A stretch of 64,000 nt of DNA from an uncultured Acidobacteriota bacterium. GTDB lineage: Bacteria > Acidobacteriota > UBA6911. The stretch is taken from contig CAWJKZ010000013.1 in assembly GCA_963843575.1 (NCBI GenBank), forward strand, positions 32,001-96,000. Direction: 5' to 3'. Every line of letters begins with the position of its first letter. Position 1 is the first letter of the stretch. Positions 11,406-21,238 of this stretch are shown here, piece by piece. The position numbers and the translations under genes are program-made. The notes beneath the pieces were generated by a model that searched no databases, was not told the origin of the DNA, and was given only the letters and a program-made list of their open reading frames with translations.

Positions 11406-13162
11406 ACTTCCGCAAGCGCCTGCTCCTCATGATCGTACTGGTGGTCTTCGCCGCTGTCGGGCTCGTCACCTGGACGGTCTCGTCTTCGACGACGCGTGTT
11501 TTTGAATCGCTGGAAGAGCAGCGCCTGGCCGCCCTGGTGGCGCAGTTTGACCGCGAGTACGCGCGGTTCGGCGAAGAGGTGGTGCAACGCCTGGAGAGGG
11601 TGGCCGCCACCGATCAGGTTCTGCGGCTCGCCGTCGAGTTGGATCGCGCGGAACTCAACCTGGCCGAGCATGTCGACGACGCGGCAGCCCTCGCCCGCAG
11701 TCACGGACTCGACTTCCTCGAATTCGCGGGTTCCGACGGAACGATAATCTCGTCCGCGCAGTGGCCGGCGCGTTTCGGTTACCGTGCGGCATGGCTTCCG
11801 GATCCCCGCGCCCCCGGGGCATTCCTGAGGCGCGAGGAAATGGCGGACCGCACGGAAATCGCCCTCGTGGCCGTCCGTGAGGTGGGCACGGGGGGGAAAA
11901 GGCTCCTCGTCTCGGGAGGGCAGCGTCTCGACAGCCGCTTCCTTCGTTCACTCCTCCTGCCGACCGGGACCCGTGCCCTGCTCTATGCGAATCTGCGTCA
12001 GGAGTTTTCGCCGGCCCTGCTCGTGGACGCTTCCGGTTCCGCCGCGGAGGCGGGCAAACTGCAGCGCGCTATCCAGCAAGCTCTTCGGACCAACGCGGAA
12101 CGCAGCACCACCGTCCGTTGGGAGTCTGGACCGGAAACCATCCAGGCGATTCCGCTGAACGGCGGCGCAGGCGAGCCGCTCGGAGTGCTGCTGTTTGGCA
12201 GTTCACGGGCCGAACTCGCGGCCCTGGTCCGCCGGATCCGCCTCGCCGGTTATCTCATCGGGGGCGCCGGCGTACTGTTCGGGATCGCGCTGAGCTACTG
12301 GGTCGCCGCCCGCATCACGAGGCCGCTGGGACTGCTGGCTGCCGCAGCCCGCAAGGTCGCCGGCGGGAGCTGGGATACCCGCGTGGAGATCCCTTCCACG
12401 GACGAAATCGGCCAGCTCGCCGGCGCATTCAACGCCATGACCGCCCAGCTTCGCGATCAGAGGGACCGGCTGGTCCAGGCGGAGAGGGTTGCCGCGTGGC
12501 GCGAACTGGCGCGCCGCCTCGCGCACGAGCTGAAGAACCCGCTTTTTCCCCTCCAGATCACGGTGGAGAACCTCCAGCGGAGCCGGAAGCTCCCCGACGC
12601 GCAGTTCGAAGACGTGTTCCGCGAATCGACGGGCATGCTTCTCGCGGAATTGGGGAAGCTGAAAACCATCATCGCGCGGTTCAGCGACTTCGCCAGGATG
12701 CCGCGGCCCCAGCTGGAACCGGTCGACCTGAATGGCCTCGTCGCCGACACCCTCCGGCTTTTCGAGGCACAACTGCGCACGGCCGGCCGGCCGGCGATCG
12801 AAACGGAAACCTCTTGCGACCCTGGGCTCGGGCCGATTCCCGCCGACGCCGAGCAGATGGGAAGGGCGCTGCAGAACCTGATCCTCAATGCCGTCGACGC
12901 GATGCCGGACGGGGGCAAACTCGCGATCCGGACACGGAAAACCAACGACAGCGTCGTGCTCGAGGTGTCCGATTCGGGGGAAGGCCTGACCCGGGAGGAA
13001 ACAGAGCGTCTTTTTACCCCGTATTACACGACCAAGCAGCACGGGAGCGGTCTGGGGCTGGCCATCGTGCAATCGGTGGTCAGCGACCACCACGGCAAGA
13101 TTTCGGTCGAAAGCGAACGCGGTCGAGGCACCACATTCAGGATAGAATTGAACAGGGCCTGA
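11402..13162 (+). CDS. sensor histidine kinase (NtrY-like; HAMP-HisKA-HATPase)
   Basis: Two TM segments, HAMP (DEIGQLAGAFNAM), H-box AWRELARRLAHELKNP, N/G boxes; GTG overlaps upstream stop. Confidence 0.9.
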   Translation: MNFRKRLLLMIVLVVFAAVGLVTWTVSSSTTRVFESLEEQRLAALVAQFDREYARFGEEVVQRLERVAATDQVLRLAVELDRAELNLAEHVDDAAALARSHGLDFLEFAGSDGTIISSAQWPARFGYRAAWLPDPRAPGAFLRREEMADRTEIALVAVREVGTGGKRLLVSGGQRLDSRFLRSLLLPTGTRALLYANLRQEFSPALLVDASGSAAEAGKLQRAIQQALRTNAERSTTVRWESGPETIQAIPLNGGAGEPLGVLLFGSSRAELAALVRRIRLAGYLIGGAGVLFGIALSYWVAARITRPLGLLAAAARKVAGGSWDTRVEIPSTDEIGQLAGAFNAMTAQLRDQRDRLVQAERVAAWRELARRLAHELKNPLFPLQITVENLQRSRKLPDAQFEDVFRESTGMLLAELGKLKTIIARFSDFARMPRPQLEPVDLNGLVADTLRLFEAQLRTAGRPAIETETSCDPGLGPIPADAEQMGRALQNLILNAVDAMPDGGKLAIRTRKTNDSVVLEVSDSGEGLTREETERLFTPYYTTKQHGSGLGLAIVQSVVSDHHGKISVESERGRGTTFRIELNRA

Positions 13163-13163
13163 C

Positions 13164-14543
13164 ATGAACCATGTTCTGATTGTCGACGACGACGCGAGTA
13201 CCCTGGCCTCGCTGGCACGGGCGTTCCGCCTCGCCGGGTACGAGGCGACGGTGTGCGACAGCGCCGTACGCGCGGTCGAACTGATCGGAGCCGGCCATTT
13301 CGACATCATGCTGTCGGATGTGGTCATGCCGGGGAAGGACGGCATCGCCCTGCTGGAAGACCTCAGGAAGCTGGGGGTGGCGATGCCCGTCATCATGATC
13401 TCCGGGCAGGCGACGCTCGAGATGGCCGTCCGGGCGACGCGTCTGGGGGCGGCGGACTTCCTCGAGAAGCCCCTGTCCACCGACAAGCTCCTGCTCACCG
13501 TCGAGACGGCATTGCGGTTGCGGCAGCTGGAGGAGGAAAACCGGCAGCTGAGACAGCGCGTGGGCCGTCACGAAATCGTGGGCACGAGCGTGGCGATGAT
13601 GCGCGTCATGGCGCAGGTCGAACGCGTGGCGGCGAGCGAGTCCCGTGTCGCCATTCTCGGCGAGACAGGCACCGGGAAGGAGCTGGTCGCGCGCGCCCTC
13701 CACGATCGCAGCCCACGCCGCACCAAACCGTTCGTCAGCCTCAACTGCGCCGCGGTGCCCGCGGACCTGATCGAATCCGAGCTGTTCGGCCATGAAAAGG
13801 GATCTTTCACCGGAGCCGTGGAGCGGCACCTGGGGAAGTTCGAGCAGGCCCACGGCGGCACCCTTTTCCTCGACGAGGTCGGCGACATGAGCCCCGTGAT
13901 GCAGGCGAAGCTGCTGCGGGTGCTGGAAGATGGCGAGGTCGAGCGCATCGGGGGCGGCACCCCCGTGGCGGTGAATGTTCGCGTGCTCGTCGCGACGCAC
14001 CGCGATCTCGAAGAGCTCGTCGGGGAGGGGAGATTCCGCGCGGATCTGTTTCACCGGATCTTCGTATTCCCCCTCCGGCTCCCGCCTCTGCGGTCGCACT
14101 TGGACGACATCCCGCTGCTCGTCGACCACTTCGCGCGCCAGGTGGCGACCCGGAACGGCTGGAAACCGCGACTCTTCACCGAAGACGCCATAGAGCGATT
14201 GAAGCGATACCGCTGGCCGGGAAATGTGCGCGAACTGCACAACGTGGTGGAACGCCTGATGCTGCTCTGCGAGTCCCAGGTGGATGCCGATGCGGTCGAG
14301 CTTGCGCTACCCCCGGAAACCGACGCCGCGTCACGGATCCCTGCCGGGGACACGCTCGCTCGCCGGATGGAGGCATTCGAGCGCGCCACGATCTTGTCGG
14401 AGCTGAGGCGGCATGGGTATGGGATGACCGACACGGCGCGGGCCCTCGGCCTGGAGCGCAGCCACCTGTACAAGAAATGCCAGCATCTGGGGATCGACCT
14501 CCGCGCACTCAGGGGCAGGGCAGCGGACAACCCGGCATCGTAG
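13164..14543 (+). CDS. sigma54-dependent response regulator (NtrC/NtrX family)
   Basis: REC domain, GETGTGKE, ESELFGHEKGSFTGA, RWPGNVREL, C-terminal Fis-type HTH. Confidence 0.92.
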   Translation: MNHVLIVDDDASTLASLARAFRLAGYEATVCDSAVRAVELIGAGHFDIMLSDVVMPGKDGIALLEDLRKLGVAMPVIMISGQATLEMAVRATRLGAADFLEKPLSTDKLLLTVETALRLRQLEEENRQLRQRVGRHEIVGTSVAMMRVMAQVERVAASESRVAILGETGTGKELVARALHDRSPRRTKPFVSLNCAAVPADLIESELFGHEKGSFTGAVERHLGKFEQAHGGTLFLDEVGDMSPVMQAKLLRVLEDGEVERIGGGTPVAVNVRVLVATHRDLEELVGEGRFRADLFHRIFVFPLRLPPLRSHLDDIPLLVDHFARQVATRNGWKPRLFTEDAIERLKRYRWPGNVRELHNVVERLMLLCESQVDADAVELALPPETDAASRIPAGDTLARRMEAFERATILSELRRHGYGMTDTARALGLERSHLYKKCQHLGIDLRALRGRAADNPAS

Positions 14544-14624
14544 CGTTCTGGAGTGCGGCGGCTCGACGCCGCCGATGCACCGCACTCCAGATCTGTGTGG
14601 TACGATGCGCAGAACCGAAACTAT

Positions 14625-15836
14625 ATGATTGAAGCGCTGCGGACAAATCCCGCCCTCTTGAAGCTCGACCTTTACTGCAAGGGTCTGAAAATCGATCCTT
14701 CGTGTCTGATCGAGCAGGACGGCGGCCGCAAGGTCCTCCGCACGCGTGCAGGGCTGGGAAGCGGGCTGGAGCTCATTCTTCCCGGCGGGCTGTGGACCAA
14801 CGCGCCCGTGACCGAGCATTTCGTCGCGCGCTCCCCCTACACCATCCACCGGGTCGAGGGCCGCTACGTCGTGCGCTGGAACGACCAGGACGTAACGCCG
14901 GTGACGCTTTCGCCGCGCCCCGGGTGGTACGAAGGAACCACCACGACCGGCAAGTGCATGACCCGGATCGGCACGCTGCAGGGGACCTATCTGGCGGTCT
15001 ATCCCGCGAAAGTCTGCGAGTACTGGACGGCCAAGCCCAACCGGGTCAACTGCAAGTTCTGCTCCGTGGGCCTCAACCTGGGGGTTGACGACGCCGACGA
15101 CAAGTCGGTCGCGGAGGTCATGGAGGTCGTGCGGGCGGCCCGCGCGGAGTCGGGCATCACCTACATCGATTTCAACACGGGGCACTACGAGGGGGACACC
15201 TACCTGGACGTCCTCGAACCGTACATCCTCCGGATCAAGCGGGAGACTAACCTCCTCGTCGGCATCCAGACCCCGCCGCACCGCGATCTAAGGCGTTTCG
15301 ACCACATGCGCGACCTCGGGGTCAACCGAGTCTCGTTCTGCTTTGAAATCTTCGACCCGAAGATCTTCGCGGAGATCTGCCCCGGCAAAGACCGCGAGTA
15401 CGGGCACGAACACTACCTGGAAGCGGTGCGCTACTGCGCGACGCTGGGCAAGCGTGGCCCGCGCACCGAGCCGTGGGTGACGAACGGGGAGATCATCGTC
15501 GGGCTGGAACCCCCGGAATCGTCGATCCGGGCGATCGATTGGATCACCTCCGTCGGTGCCATCCCAACAGTATGCGTGTTCCGCCCCCTGGCAGGCACCG
15601 ACATGCAGGACGAGAACCCGCCCCGCACCGAAGACATGATCCCGGTGTTCCGCCGCCTGTACGAGGCATGCATGGACCGCGGACTCCCCATAGGTTGCGC
15701 GCCCAACATCCTCGTCAGCCTCGTGCTCCTTCCCGAAGAGTGCCGCTACTTCAGCCCGCGACGTTACCCGCTCGGCACCCTCAAGCTCAAGGCCATCTCC
15801 GCTCTCCTGAAATATCGGCTCGGCCGGCACAATTAG
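14625..15836 (+). CDS. radical SAM protein with atypical C-x11-C-x2-C motif
   Basis: CEYWTAKPNRVNCKFC; later FEIFD...CPGK, IIVGLE and FRPLAGT segments resemble biotin-synthase-like/MSMEG_0568-like radical SAM proteins. Confidence 0.75.
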   Translation: MIEALRTNPALLKLDLYCKGLKIDPSCLIEQDGGRKVLRTRAGLGSGLELILPGGLWTNAPVTEHFVARSPYTIHRVEGRYVVRWNDQDVTPVTLSPRPGWYEGTTTTGKCMTRIGTLQGTYLAVYPAKVCEYWTAKPNRVNCKFCSVGLNLGVDDADDKSVAEVMEVVRAARAESGITYIDFNTGHYEGDTYLDVLEPYILRIKRETNLLVGIQTPPHRDLRRFDHMRDLGVNRVSFCFEIFDPKIFAEICPGKDREYGHEHYLEAVRYCATLGKRGPRTEPWVTNGEIIVGLEPPESSIRAIDWITSVGAIPTVCVFRPLAGTDMQDENPPRTEDMIPVFRRLYEACMDRGLPIGCAPNILVSLVLLPEECRYFSPRRYPLGTLKLKAISALLKYRLGRHN

Positions 15837-15923
15837 GCGCACGTTCTTTTTCTGCCTCGGCCGTGCGCGTCTGTGTTAAAGGTAGTTCACCTCGCAGGCC
15901 TCATGAAAGACGCAACGGAGGGC

Positions 15924-18900
15924 ATGATGCGGAACCGGAAAACCCAACAGACAGCATTCGCGGGGGTGGTCGTTCTTCTTGCGCTCGCCGGCTTGGCGGC
16001 GCAGGCGCAGGTCCGCGTCTGGGAAGAACCGCTCACGCTCCCGACGTACAAGGTCGGCGCGGCCGACAAGAATCCGATCTTCTATACCGGCCGGGTTTAC
16101 CAAGGCGCAAAGGGTCCCATCTATCCCTACCCGTTGCTCGACAAGCTCACCGAGACCCGCGAAGACCAGACTTACCGGGCGTTGTATCTCGAAAACAGCT
16201 ATCTCAAGATGAGTGTGCTCCCCGAGATCGGCGGCCGCATTTTCACGGCCCAGGACAAGAGCAACGGCTACGACTTCTTCTATCGACAGCACGTGATCAA
16301 GCCCGCCCTCATCGGGATGCTCGGAGCCTGGATCTCCGGCGGCGTCGAGTGGAACATCCCGCACCACCACCGCGCGACCAGCTTCATGCCGGTAGACTAC
16401 GCGCTCGTGGAGAACGCCGACGGCAGCAGGACCGTCTGGGTCGGCGAGACCGAGTTGCGTCACCGGATGAGGTGGGCCGTCGGGCTGACGCTCTACCCGG
16501 GGAAGTCTTACATCGAAACGACGGTCAGGCTTTTCAACCGCACCCCCCTTGCCCACTCGGTCCTCTACTGGGCCAACCCGGCAGTCCACGCCAATCCCGA
16601 CTACCAGATCCTCTTCCCCCCGTCGACCGAGTTCGCGACCTACCATGCGAAGAACCAGTTCATCCGCTGGCCCGTGTCGGATTCGGTCTTCAATAATGTC
16701 GATTATACGGGCGGCGTGGACTTGAGCTGGTGGAAGAACCACCCGTCGCCGATGTCCTTTTTCGCCTGGAATTACGAAGACGACTTCCACGTCGGCTACG
16801 ATCACGGCAAAAAGGCGGGGGTCGTCAGCGTCGCCGACCACCACGTCATGCCGGGCAAGAAGCTGTGGGAATGGGGTAACGGCCCCGAAGGCCGCATGTG
16901 GGACCAGATCCTGACCGAAACCGACGGGCCGTATATCGAGCTGATGGTCGGCGCGTTCTCCGACAATCAGCCCGATTACAGCTGGTGCCTCCCCTACGAA
17001 CTCAAGACCGTGAAGCACTACTGGTACCCGATCCGCGACATGGGCGGCGTCAAGAACGCGAACCGGGAAGCGGCCGTCAATCTCGAGACCGGCGCGGATC
17101 GCACCGTCCGGTTCGGGTTCAACACGACTTCCGAACTCAGCGACGCCCGCGTCCTGCTCAAGTCGGGCGACAGGATTCTGTTCGAGCAGCGCATCGGGAT
17201 CGCGCCGGACAAACCATTCGTGCGTTCCGTGCCGCTGCCCGAAGGAGTCGGGCCGGAGAGCCTGCGGGCTTCGCTCGAGAACTCTTCCGGAGTCGAGCTC
17301 ATCGGCTACGCCGCCGTTCAGAAGACGCGCTCGCCGATGCCGGAACCGGTTAAGCCCCCGCCGGCGCCGAAGGACATCAAGACCAACGAGGAGCTCTACC
17401 TCGCCGGGTTGCGGCTCGAGCAGTTCTACAGCCCTTATCAGGAGCCCTATCCTTACTACGAGGAGGCGCTCCGGCGCGATCCCGGCGACTACCGCGCCAA
17501 CACAGCCCTCGGAATCCTCGACTGCAAGCGCGGCATGTTCAGGGAGGCGGAGGAAAAACTGCGCACCGCGATCCGCCGAGCCTCTCACGACTACACCACC
17601 CTGAGAGACGGCGAAGCCTACTACTACCTCGGCGTCGCGCTGCGTTCGCAGGGCCGGTACAAGGAAGCGCTCGACGCGTTTTTCAGGTCGACATGGAGTC
17701 AGAGCTGGAAGGCGGCCGGGTACCAAGCGGCGGCTGAACTAACCTGCCGCACCGGGGACCTGACCCGCGCCCTGGAACTCGCGGACCGCGCCGCCACAAC
17801 GAACGGCGACAACACCCGTGCGCTCGTGCTCAAGGCCGCAATCTTGCGGCGCCTGGGCCACGCCGAACAGGGCCGCGAGATCGCGGCAAGAGTTCTCGCC
17901 CTCGACCCGCTCGATTTCTTCGCGGGGAACGAACTCTACCTCGCCGCCAGGTCCAAGCCGGAACTCGAAGTGCTGACGCAGCGGATGCGCGACGACAGCC
18001 AGTCGTACCTCGAACTCGCCCTGGATTACGGGAACGTCGGGTTCCTGGACGAAGCGATCGAGATCCTCAAACGCCGAGTCGACCTGAAAACGGGCGCCAG
18101 GCTCGACCCGATGCTCGTGTATCACCTCGCGGCCTTGCATGCCCAGCAGGGGAATACGGACAAGGCTGCCGATTACTTCAGTCAGGCCGCGCGGATGAAT
18201 CCCGATTACTGCTTCCCCTCCCGGTTCGAGTCCATCGACGTCCTGCGCCGCGCGACGGCGGCCAACCCCGCGGACGCGCGCGCCCCGTATTATTTGGGCA
18301 ATCTGCTCTACGACCTCCAGCCCGACAACGCCATCGCGGAATGGGAAAAGGCGCGGAAACTCGACCCCTCGTTCGCGGTCGTGCACCGCAACCTCAGTTT
18401 CGGTTACGCCGAGCACGAGGGGGACGCAGCGAAGGCCATCGCCAGCCTGGAGGAGGCGATCAAGCGCGACCCTTCAGATCCCCGCTATTTCATGGAGCTC
18501 GATCAGCTTTGTGAGGCCGCGGATGTCGTCGCAGCGAAGAGGCTCCAGGTGCTCGAGCGCAATCACGCCGTGGTCGCGCAACGCGACGACGCGCTCGCTC
18601 GGGAGCTGGCGCTTCAGATCCAGGTCGGCAGCTACGACCAGGCCCTGGAGATCCTGGGTAAGCACCACTTCCACATCTGGGAAGGGGCGCGCGGCGTGCA
18701 CGATCTCTATGTCGATGCGCTGCTTGGCCGGGGCGAAAAGAACGCCCGTGCCGGCCGCCACGCGGAGGCGCTCAAGGACTATCAGGCCGCGCTCGAGTTC
18801 CCGTTCAACCTCGAGGTGGCTCCGCGGCCGGGGCAGGAGTTCCCGCGGATCCGCTACCTGATCGGGCTGGAACTGGTGGCGCTCGGCCGGGCGGCCGAGG

Positions 18901-19250
18901 CCCGTGCGTCGTTCGAGAAGGCGGCAGGGGTCACGGCCGACTGGTCCGAGAACACCTATTATCAGGCGCTGGCCCTGCGCAAGATGGGGCAGGAGGACAT
19001 GGCCCGGACGTTGTTGGCCGACCTGCAGAAGAATGCCTCAGGCCGCGCGGGCGCGGTGCGTTCGCGGGCGGGTTCGAAGCGGCTGGCAGCGCGCCACGCG
19101 GAGCGCACCCGCGAAGCCCAGTCGCACTATGTGCAGGGGTTGGCCCTGCTCGGCCAGGGAAGTCCCGAGCAGGCTCGCGCCGAGTTTAGGAAGGCGGTCG
19201 ATCTCGACATGAACCACACGGCAGCCGCAGCTCAGCTCGCCACGCCGTAG
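15924..19250 (+). CDS. DUF5107-like + TPR-repeat secreted protein
   Basis: GGAGGG RBS, signal peptide, LENSYLKMSVLPEIGGRI, GAWISGGVEWNIP, multiple TPRs, FHIWEG. Confidence 0.85.
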   Translation: MMRNRKTQQTAFAGVVVLLALAGLAAQAQVRVWEEPLTLPTYKVGAADKNPIFYTGRVYQGAKGPIYPYPLLDKLTETREDQTYRALYLENSYLKMSVLPEIGGRIFTAQDKSNGYDFFYRQHVIKPALIGMLGAWISGGVEWNIPHHHRATSFMPVDYALVENADGSRTVWVGETELRHRMRWAVGLTLYPGKSYIETTVRLFNRTPLAHSVLYWANPAVHANPDYQILFPPSTEFATYHAKNQFIRWPVSDSVFNNVDYTGGVDLSWWKNHPSPMSFFAWNYEDDFHVGYDHGKKAGVVSVADHHVMPGKKLWEWGNGPEGRMWDQILTETDGPYIELMVGAFSDNQPDYSWCLPYELKTVKHYWYPIRDMGGVKNANREAAVNLETGADRTVRFGFNTTSELSDARVLLKSGDRILFEQRIGIAPDKPFVRSVPLPEGVGPESLRASLENSSGVELIGYAAVQKTRSPMPEPVKPPPAPKDIKTNEELYLAGLRLEQFYSPYQEPYPYYEEALRRDPGDYRANTALGILDCKRGMFREAEEKLRTAIRRASHDYTTLRDGEAYYYLGVALRSQGRYKEALDAFFRSTWSQSWKAAGYQAAAELTCRTGDLTRALELADRAATTNGDNTRALVLKAAILRRLGHAEQGREIAARVLALDPLDFFAGNELYLAARSKPELEVLTQRMRDDSQSYLELALDYGNVGFLDEAIEILKRRVDLKTGARLDPMLVYHLAALHAQQGNTDKAADYFSQAARMNPDYCFPSRFESIDVLRRATAANPADARAPYYLGNLLYDLQPDNAIAEWEKARKLDPSFAVVHRNLSFGYAEHEGDAAKAIASLEEAIKRDPSDPRYFMELDQLCEAADVVAAKRLQVLERNHAVVAQRDDALARELALQIQVGSYDQALEILGKHHFHIWEGARGVHDLYVDALLGRGEKNARAGRHAEALKDYQAALEFPFNLEVAPRPGQEFPRIRYLIGLELVALGRAAEARASFEKAAGVTADWSENTYYQALALRKMGQEDMARTLLADLQKNASGRAGAVRSRAGSKRLAARHAERTREAQSHYVQGLALLGQGSPEQARAEFRKAVDLDMNHTAAAAQLATP

Positions 19251-19337
19251 CGGCAGCGAAATCCCGGCATGAGGCTTCGGGGTGAGGTGCGGGACTCACC
19301 GAAAGGCTCCCGAGGGCCCGACAAACACCTTGTCCGC

Positions 19338-19979
19338 TCAGACGAGGTGTACGCCGCTGCGCTCGAGGTCGCGGCGGACCGTGTCGTCCGATGCCGGGTC
19401 GACCGGGCGGGTCAGTTCCCAAAACACGTGAACCCGGAACCCCGCAGCGGCGGCATCCTCGGCGCTCCACTTGACGCAGAAGTCGCGGGCCAGGCCGCAC
19501 AGGTAGACCCCGGTTATCCCGCGTTCCATCAGGTAGCCCGCGAGCCCCGTCCCGGGCCTCTGCCCGGCCGGGTCCCAGTTGTTGCGGAAGCCGGAGTACG
19601 AGTCGACCCTGGGGTCGCTCCCCTTGCGGATCACGGCGGCGACCCGTTCCCAGGGCATGCCCGGCGCAAGCTGCGCACCGGCCGTGTTCTGGATGCAGTG
19701 GTCGGGCCACAGGGTCTGGTCGTGCCCGTAGAGCCGGAGGGTCTCGAAGGGCTTCCGGCCCGGGTGCGCTGTGGCGAACGAAATGTGCCCGCGCGGATGC
19801 CAGTCCTGCGTGGCGACCACGACACCGAAACGGTCCGCCGTCATCAGCGTCCGGACGCCGTCGAGGATCTCGTCCCCGCCCCCGACGGCCAGCGCGCCTC
19901 CGGGGAGAAAGTCCGGTTGGATATCCACCACCAGCAGTGCCGACCTCGACCTCTCGCTCATCGACGTTTCCGGACTCAT
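19338..19979 (-). CDS. pncA: nicotinamidase/pyrazinamidase
   Basis: ALLVVDIQPDFLPGGALAV, TQDWHP, WPDHC, KG...DSYSGF, GLARDFCV. Confidence 0.92.
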   Translation of the reverse strand: MSPETSMSERSRSALLVVDIQPDFLPGGALAVGGGDEILDGVRTLMTADRFGVVVATQDWHPRGHISFATAHPGRKPFETLRLYGHDQTLWPDHCIQNTAGAQLAPGMPWERVAAVIRKGSDPRVDSYSGFRNNWDPAGQRPGTGLAGYLMERGITGVYLCGLARDFCVKWSAEDAAAAGFRVHVFWELTRPVDPASDDTVRRDLERSGVHLV

Positions 19980-21148
19980 CGGCTCTCCCGGGTTGCCGGC
20001 GGGGCGCCGTGCCGGCCGTGGTCCAGGGCCTCCACCGCGTTCACAATGCTGCGGGCCGCCTGCTCGATCTCCGACTCCGTCGTCATGCGTCCCGTCGACA
20101 GCCTCAGCGTGCCCATCGCCTGCGAGACGGGAACCTGCATCGCCTCCAGGACGTGAGACATCACCACGCGGTCGGAATGACAGGCGGCGCCGGCCGAACA
20201 TGCCACGTCGTCCAGGCGCGCGAGCAGTCTGTTGGCTTCGATGCCGGGGAAGGAAATCGACAGGGTGTTGGGCAGCCGGAGCTGCGGGTGGCCGTTCAAC
20301 TTGGCCCACGGGACTCGTGCGAGGATCAATTCCTGCAGCAGGTCCCTCATGGCTGCGAGTTGCGCCGCGTGCACGTGAAGTCCGCGCTCAACCACAGCGC
20401 AGGCCTGGCCGAGGCCGACGATCTCGAGCACGTTCTCCGTGCCAGCGCGCCGGTTGCCCTCGTGGGAAGCGCCGTGCATCTGGCGTTGCAGCTCGACACC
20501 GCGCCGGACGCAGAGCGCGCCCACGCCCTTGGGGGCGTAAAGCTTGTGTCCGGCGATGCTGAGCATGTCGAGGTCGGCGGCGGAAAAGCCGACGACGACC
20601 TTGCCCACGGCCTGTGCGGCGTCCGTGTGAAACACGATGCCCCGCTCCAGGGCGATCGCGGCGATTTCACCGATGGGCTCCAGGGTCCCGACCTCGTTGT
20701 TCGCCTGCATGACGGTGATCAGGATCGTCGAGGGCCGCAGCGCGTCGCTCACGGCCTGGGGGTTCAGCACCCCGAAACGGTCCACCGGCACGCAGGTCAC
20801 CTCAAATCCGACCGTCTCGAGGTGCCGGCACACTTCGAGCACTGCGGGGTGTTCGATCGCGGAGGTCACGATGTGGTTGCCCCGGCGGCGGTGCGCCAGC
20901 GCATATCCTTTTATGGCCAGGTTGTTGGCCTCGGTGCCGCCGGAGGTGAAAATGACCTCGTCCGGCTGGCACCCCACCATCTCCGCAACCTGGGCGCGCG
21001 CCTTCGCAACCGCTTCCCGCGCCCGGAGCCCATACCAGTGGGCGCTGGACGGATTCCCGAAGGTCCCCTCCAGGAAGGGCATCATCGCGGCAGCGACTTC
21101 GGGGGCCAGCGGCGTGGTCGCGTTGTAGTCCAGGTAAACGGGCTTCAT
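19976..21148 (-). CDS. cysteine desulfurase / selenocysteine-lyase-like PLP enzyme (NifS group I)
   Basis: YLDYNATTP, FTSGGTEANN, HTDAAQ, PLP Lys in GHKLYAPKG, active-site loop SAGAACHS. Confidence 0.88.
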   Translation of the reverse strand: MKPVYLDYNATTPLAPEVAAAMMPFLEGTFGNPSSAHWYGLRAREAVAKARAQVAEMVGCQPDEVIFTSGGTEANNLAIKGYALAHRRRGNHIVTSAIEHPAVLEVCRHLETVGFEVTCVPVDRFGVLNPQAVSDALRPSTILITVMQANNEVGTLEPIGEIAAIALERGIVFHTDAAQAVGKVVVGFSAADLDMLSIAGHKLYAPKGVGALCVRRGVELQRQMHGASHEGNRRAGTENVLEIVGLGQACAVVERGLHVHAAQLAAMRDLLQELILARVPWAKLNGHPQLRLPNTLSISFPGIEANRLLARLDDVACSAGAACHSDRVVMSHVLEAMQVPVSQAMGTLRLSTGRMTTESEIEQAARSIVNAVEALDHGRHGAPPATRESR

Positions 21149-21238
21149 GGGGACAATTGTATAATGCGGGGAAGCAACCGGAAACCTCCAGAAAGACAGC
21201 CGGCATTATCGAGCCGTAGAGCACCCACCTCGAAGATC

